Positions 17,267 through 20,000 of a stretch of DNA of 20,000 nucleotides are shown here, piece after piece. Below the pieces are notes generated by a model. It saw only the letters and a program-made list of their open reading frames with translations. It was not told where the DNA came from and did no database searches. Position numbers and translations under genes: made by a program. Position 1 is the first letter of the stretch. Every line of letters starts with the position of its first letter. This DNA comes from Craspedostauros australis (lineage: Eukaryota), in the NCBI GenBank assembly GCA_030167865.1, contig JALAGF010005467.1:49625-69624 (forward strand), given 5' to 3'.

Positions 17267-19384
17267 CTAGATCAGTGTGTACAAAGCATACTCCATGTAG
17301 AACAGGTCCCAGACATGTTTGTAGAATGTCTTGACGGACGCCATGGACTCCGGTTGGAGTTGTCGGTGTCGGAAGATGAGGAGCATGGCCAGGGCAGCGT
17401 GGCCGCCGATCATGGGGATCTTGTTGAAGATGCCGGGTGCTGCCATGACGCCAGTGGCGATGGCTTGCACGTAGTTCGCCAGCAAACACAGGAAGGCTCC
17501 GAACGCTATCCTCTTCACGCCTAATCTCGTTGCGAAGGTCTCAATTTGGTATTTCTGGAAAGGGGTGCAGACATTAGTGAATTGCAATCGCGCCATTGTG
17601 GTGAAGGCGTTGTCGGTTGGTTTGGAGAAGTGCGAATGCACGTGAATGGTGCCGATCAACAGGCGGTACATCCATTTCCAGCAGCGTGAGAGGTGTGGGT
17701 GTTCGACATTCGCAACAAACATGACAAGCAATGTCCAACGTACGATGCACAACGCTGAATATCCAGTGTCACTGCTTCCCTTCCTGATGGATGGGTATCA
17801 TACGGCATTGACACATCCATGCACACTCAACACTACTTGAGTGTACTCCTCTCTGGAGAACACATATGGCATTGTACAACAGGCAGCGGTAACATGGCAA
17901 AATCGACGACGTACCAAGTCACCTTCGATATCCGGCAGATCCTTGGTCGCCGCAATGACGGTCGCGAATATCGTCATGAAGCGTGCCACGAAGGAAACCT
18001 TGGGAGACCAGGCGAAGGTCTTTCCGAGGGCATGCTTGACGGCGTAGTAGATACCGAAATTGAGAAGGAAACCGCGCACAATGGCGATGGTGAGTCCTGC
18101 CAGGACGGGGTTGCGCTTGGTGCGGATGGGCGGGACGGAGTAGATGCCGCCCAAAAACAGACCGAAGGAGTATAATCGGAACAGCAGTTGGGGGAAGAGG
18201 TTGTAGCTGTGTTGTTTTGTGATATGTTGTGGCGTGTGCATGGTAGGAGTGAGACGGGATGGAATGGAGCGTTGATTTTTGCGTGTGATTGAGGGAATGG
18301 CAAAGAAGGGTGTGCGATACAGCGGTGAGTTGAAGCGGTCGTGCACGCGAGAATGTCTGTTCTCATTTAAATAGATCTTTCTGTCTGCTGAAGTGTCTCC
18401 CATGACGCAGAGCCAAACCGATGTGCATCTACGGTGCAGTTGTGTGATTGATTCGTTGGCATCATGCTTCCGCCATTTACAGGTATTGAGACGTGGTGCT
18501 GCAACAAACTGCCGGCTGAATATCCTGGATGTCTCGCAAGATATTTCAGGAAGAGCGAAGATATCAACGCCAACAACATCACCATCGCCGCCTCGAATGC
18601 GTCTCTCCACTCGTTCATTATGACATCCAGGTGCAGTTCTGCGATGAGTCGCATCCTCGATCTGTCTCCGTTCCCTCATTTTCATACTTGCTCGCTCACC
18701 CGATCGTTGCAAGCAAACAACCAATCATTGCATCGACCACACTGTTACAATCCAATCCAGTCCAATGAAATGCAGCTCAATCCAACCGCAAGCCAGCTAA
18801 TTAACTTACACCATCACTGGTCCAACCACACCCGAAGCGAGCACCGCCAACCATGCCGCATTCTTGCTCATTTCACCGCTCGCCACTGGCAGGAAGGGCT
18901 TGTTGAGCTTGTCAATGTCATCGTCGTAGATTTGATTGATCCCGACAATGAAGACGTTCCCCAACAGCAACGCCACCATGCCCAAGATTGCACGCGGCAG
19001 CATGACGCCCCAATCGGCCGTGGCCAATGCACCGGGCGTATCGATCAGCACGCGCGTGGTGCCCGCAATGGAGGCCAGGATGGTGCCGCGGATCGTGTGG
19101 GGACGCGTGAATTTGTACAGCGCCCGAAGACGCGCCTTCAAGGATCCCGACTGAGCTTCGTCGCGTGCCTTGGACAGCTCGGATGGATCAAAGTCACCTT
19201 CGACGGACATGCGCAGCGGCGTTGTGAATGGCTGCTGCTGCGATGGCAGCGACGTTCGCATGGACGATCGTGTGGTCATGCTTCTGTGGGGCATCACGTA
19301 AGCATATGCTGTTGGAGCATTCGACAGGGTTGCAGTGGCAGCCAGCAACACCGGCATCCATGCGAACGACGGGGACATCTTCAT
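17267..19384 (-). CDS. HST: Homogentisate solanesyltransferase (UbiA prenyltransferase family, plastoquinone biosynthesis), plastid-targeted (384 aa; exons 19384-18810, 18206-17915, 17554-17267)
   Basis: Motifs [10 protein letters not shown] (HST-type rather than HPT 'RPHTVIGT'), [61 protein letters not shown] and [10 protein letters not shown]-terminal signal ending AYA-YV. Introns 18809-18207 (GTAAGT...ACACAG, phase 2) and 17914-17555 (GTACGT...TTCCAG, phase 0) give a 1155-nt open frame. Confidence 0.92.
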
Positions 19385-19966
19385 GATGGCGTTCGCTTTG
19401 TTCGGTTGCTTCGACTATGTCTGCGATGAGTGGAGTATTCCAATTCAATACAAGCACTCTTGTGCTATGTCTCTGGATGGAACCGCGAAGAATGCAAACG
19501 CAAACAGCTGAAGTTGGACGCAGGAATGTGTTGTCTCGCAGTTGGAGATAATGTTGTGCGCTGTGTTGGCTGCCGTTCGTGTCATGGATGATGATCGACA
19601 CATCAACACTCCGCACCAATGTTGCGGACCCTCACTCTCCGGAGTACGGTTGACTTGGTCTGATTTGATTTGGCCATCCACGATGGTGACGAAGCCCGAA
19701 CCGCGTGGCACCACGATGACAGCGCAAGTGCGTCACCTGTGTCAAGTCTTGGACGCAAACATGTCGCATGGTATCTTCGATTCGTCCGATTCGGAATTGG
19801 CACAATCCGTTTTTCTCGCCTCACAAAATGTCAACCAAACAACGAAGGAGACAAACGCGCTGAGTTCATTCCATGAGGAGATTCCGGTCTGCCCTCTCTT
19901 GAGGTTGCTGATGCCGTCATAGTGGAGGTGTTTGCGTGGCTCATAATTTCATAATATCGGCTTCTA

Positions 19967-19976
19967 AGCCAATCAG
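19967..19976 (+). promoter_or_regulatory. Canonical CCAAT box (AGCCAATCAG) upstream of HST
   Basis: Matches the NF-Y consensus about 580 nt upstream of the HST ATG. Motif match only; it could serve the next gene outside the window. Confidence 0.25.
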
Positions 19977-20000
19977 ATCACTCCATTATGAACACAAGAT

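Noticed and set aside
13242..19384. Fragmented ASNS and HST ORFs as pseudogenes or split genes
   Set aside because: Canonical GT-AG introns in consistent phases restore complete reading frames.
18464..19429. 321-aa plus-strand ORF
   Set aside because: Antisense to HST exon 1 and intron 1, with no protein-like motifs.

Overview
This is eukaryotic nuclear DNA, most likely from a diatom or related stramenopile alga. The evidence is GT-AG spliceosomal introns and bipartite signal-peptide + 'ASAFAP'-type plastid-targeting presequences. I reconstruct eight protein-coding genes by hand: (1) a low-complexity hypothetical protein (-, 1017-2168); (2) a probably plastid-targeted SAP-domain acidic protein (+, 3666-6320, 2 exons); (3) a 127-aa hypothetical protein (-, 6888-7600, 2 exons); (4) a Tat-dependent thylakoid-lumen, PsbQ-like helical protein (-, 8405-9430, 2 exons; the second exon is missing from the ORF track); (5) a probably plastid-targeted DUF1997-like protein (-, 10271-11170); (6) TSR3 (+, 11741-12655); (7) asparagine synthetase (-, 13242-15580, 3 exons); (8) homogentisate solanesyltransferase (-, 17267-19384, 3 exons). 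A 20-bp internally palindromic tandem array spans an assembly gap at 401-680. I see no CRISPR array, transposase, tRNA or rRNA, and no convincing new multi-gene system. The best leads are the plastid SAP protein, the uncharacterised lumenal protein, the palindromic minisatellite, and (CT)n/(AG)n hairpins at nearly the same distance downstream of two plastid-protein genes. All homology calls are from recognised motifs, not database searches.
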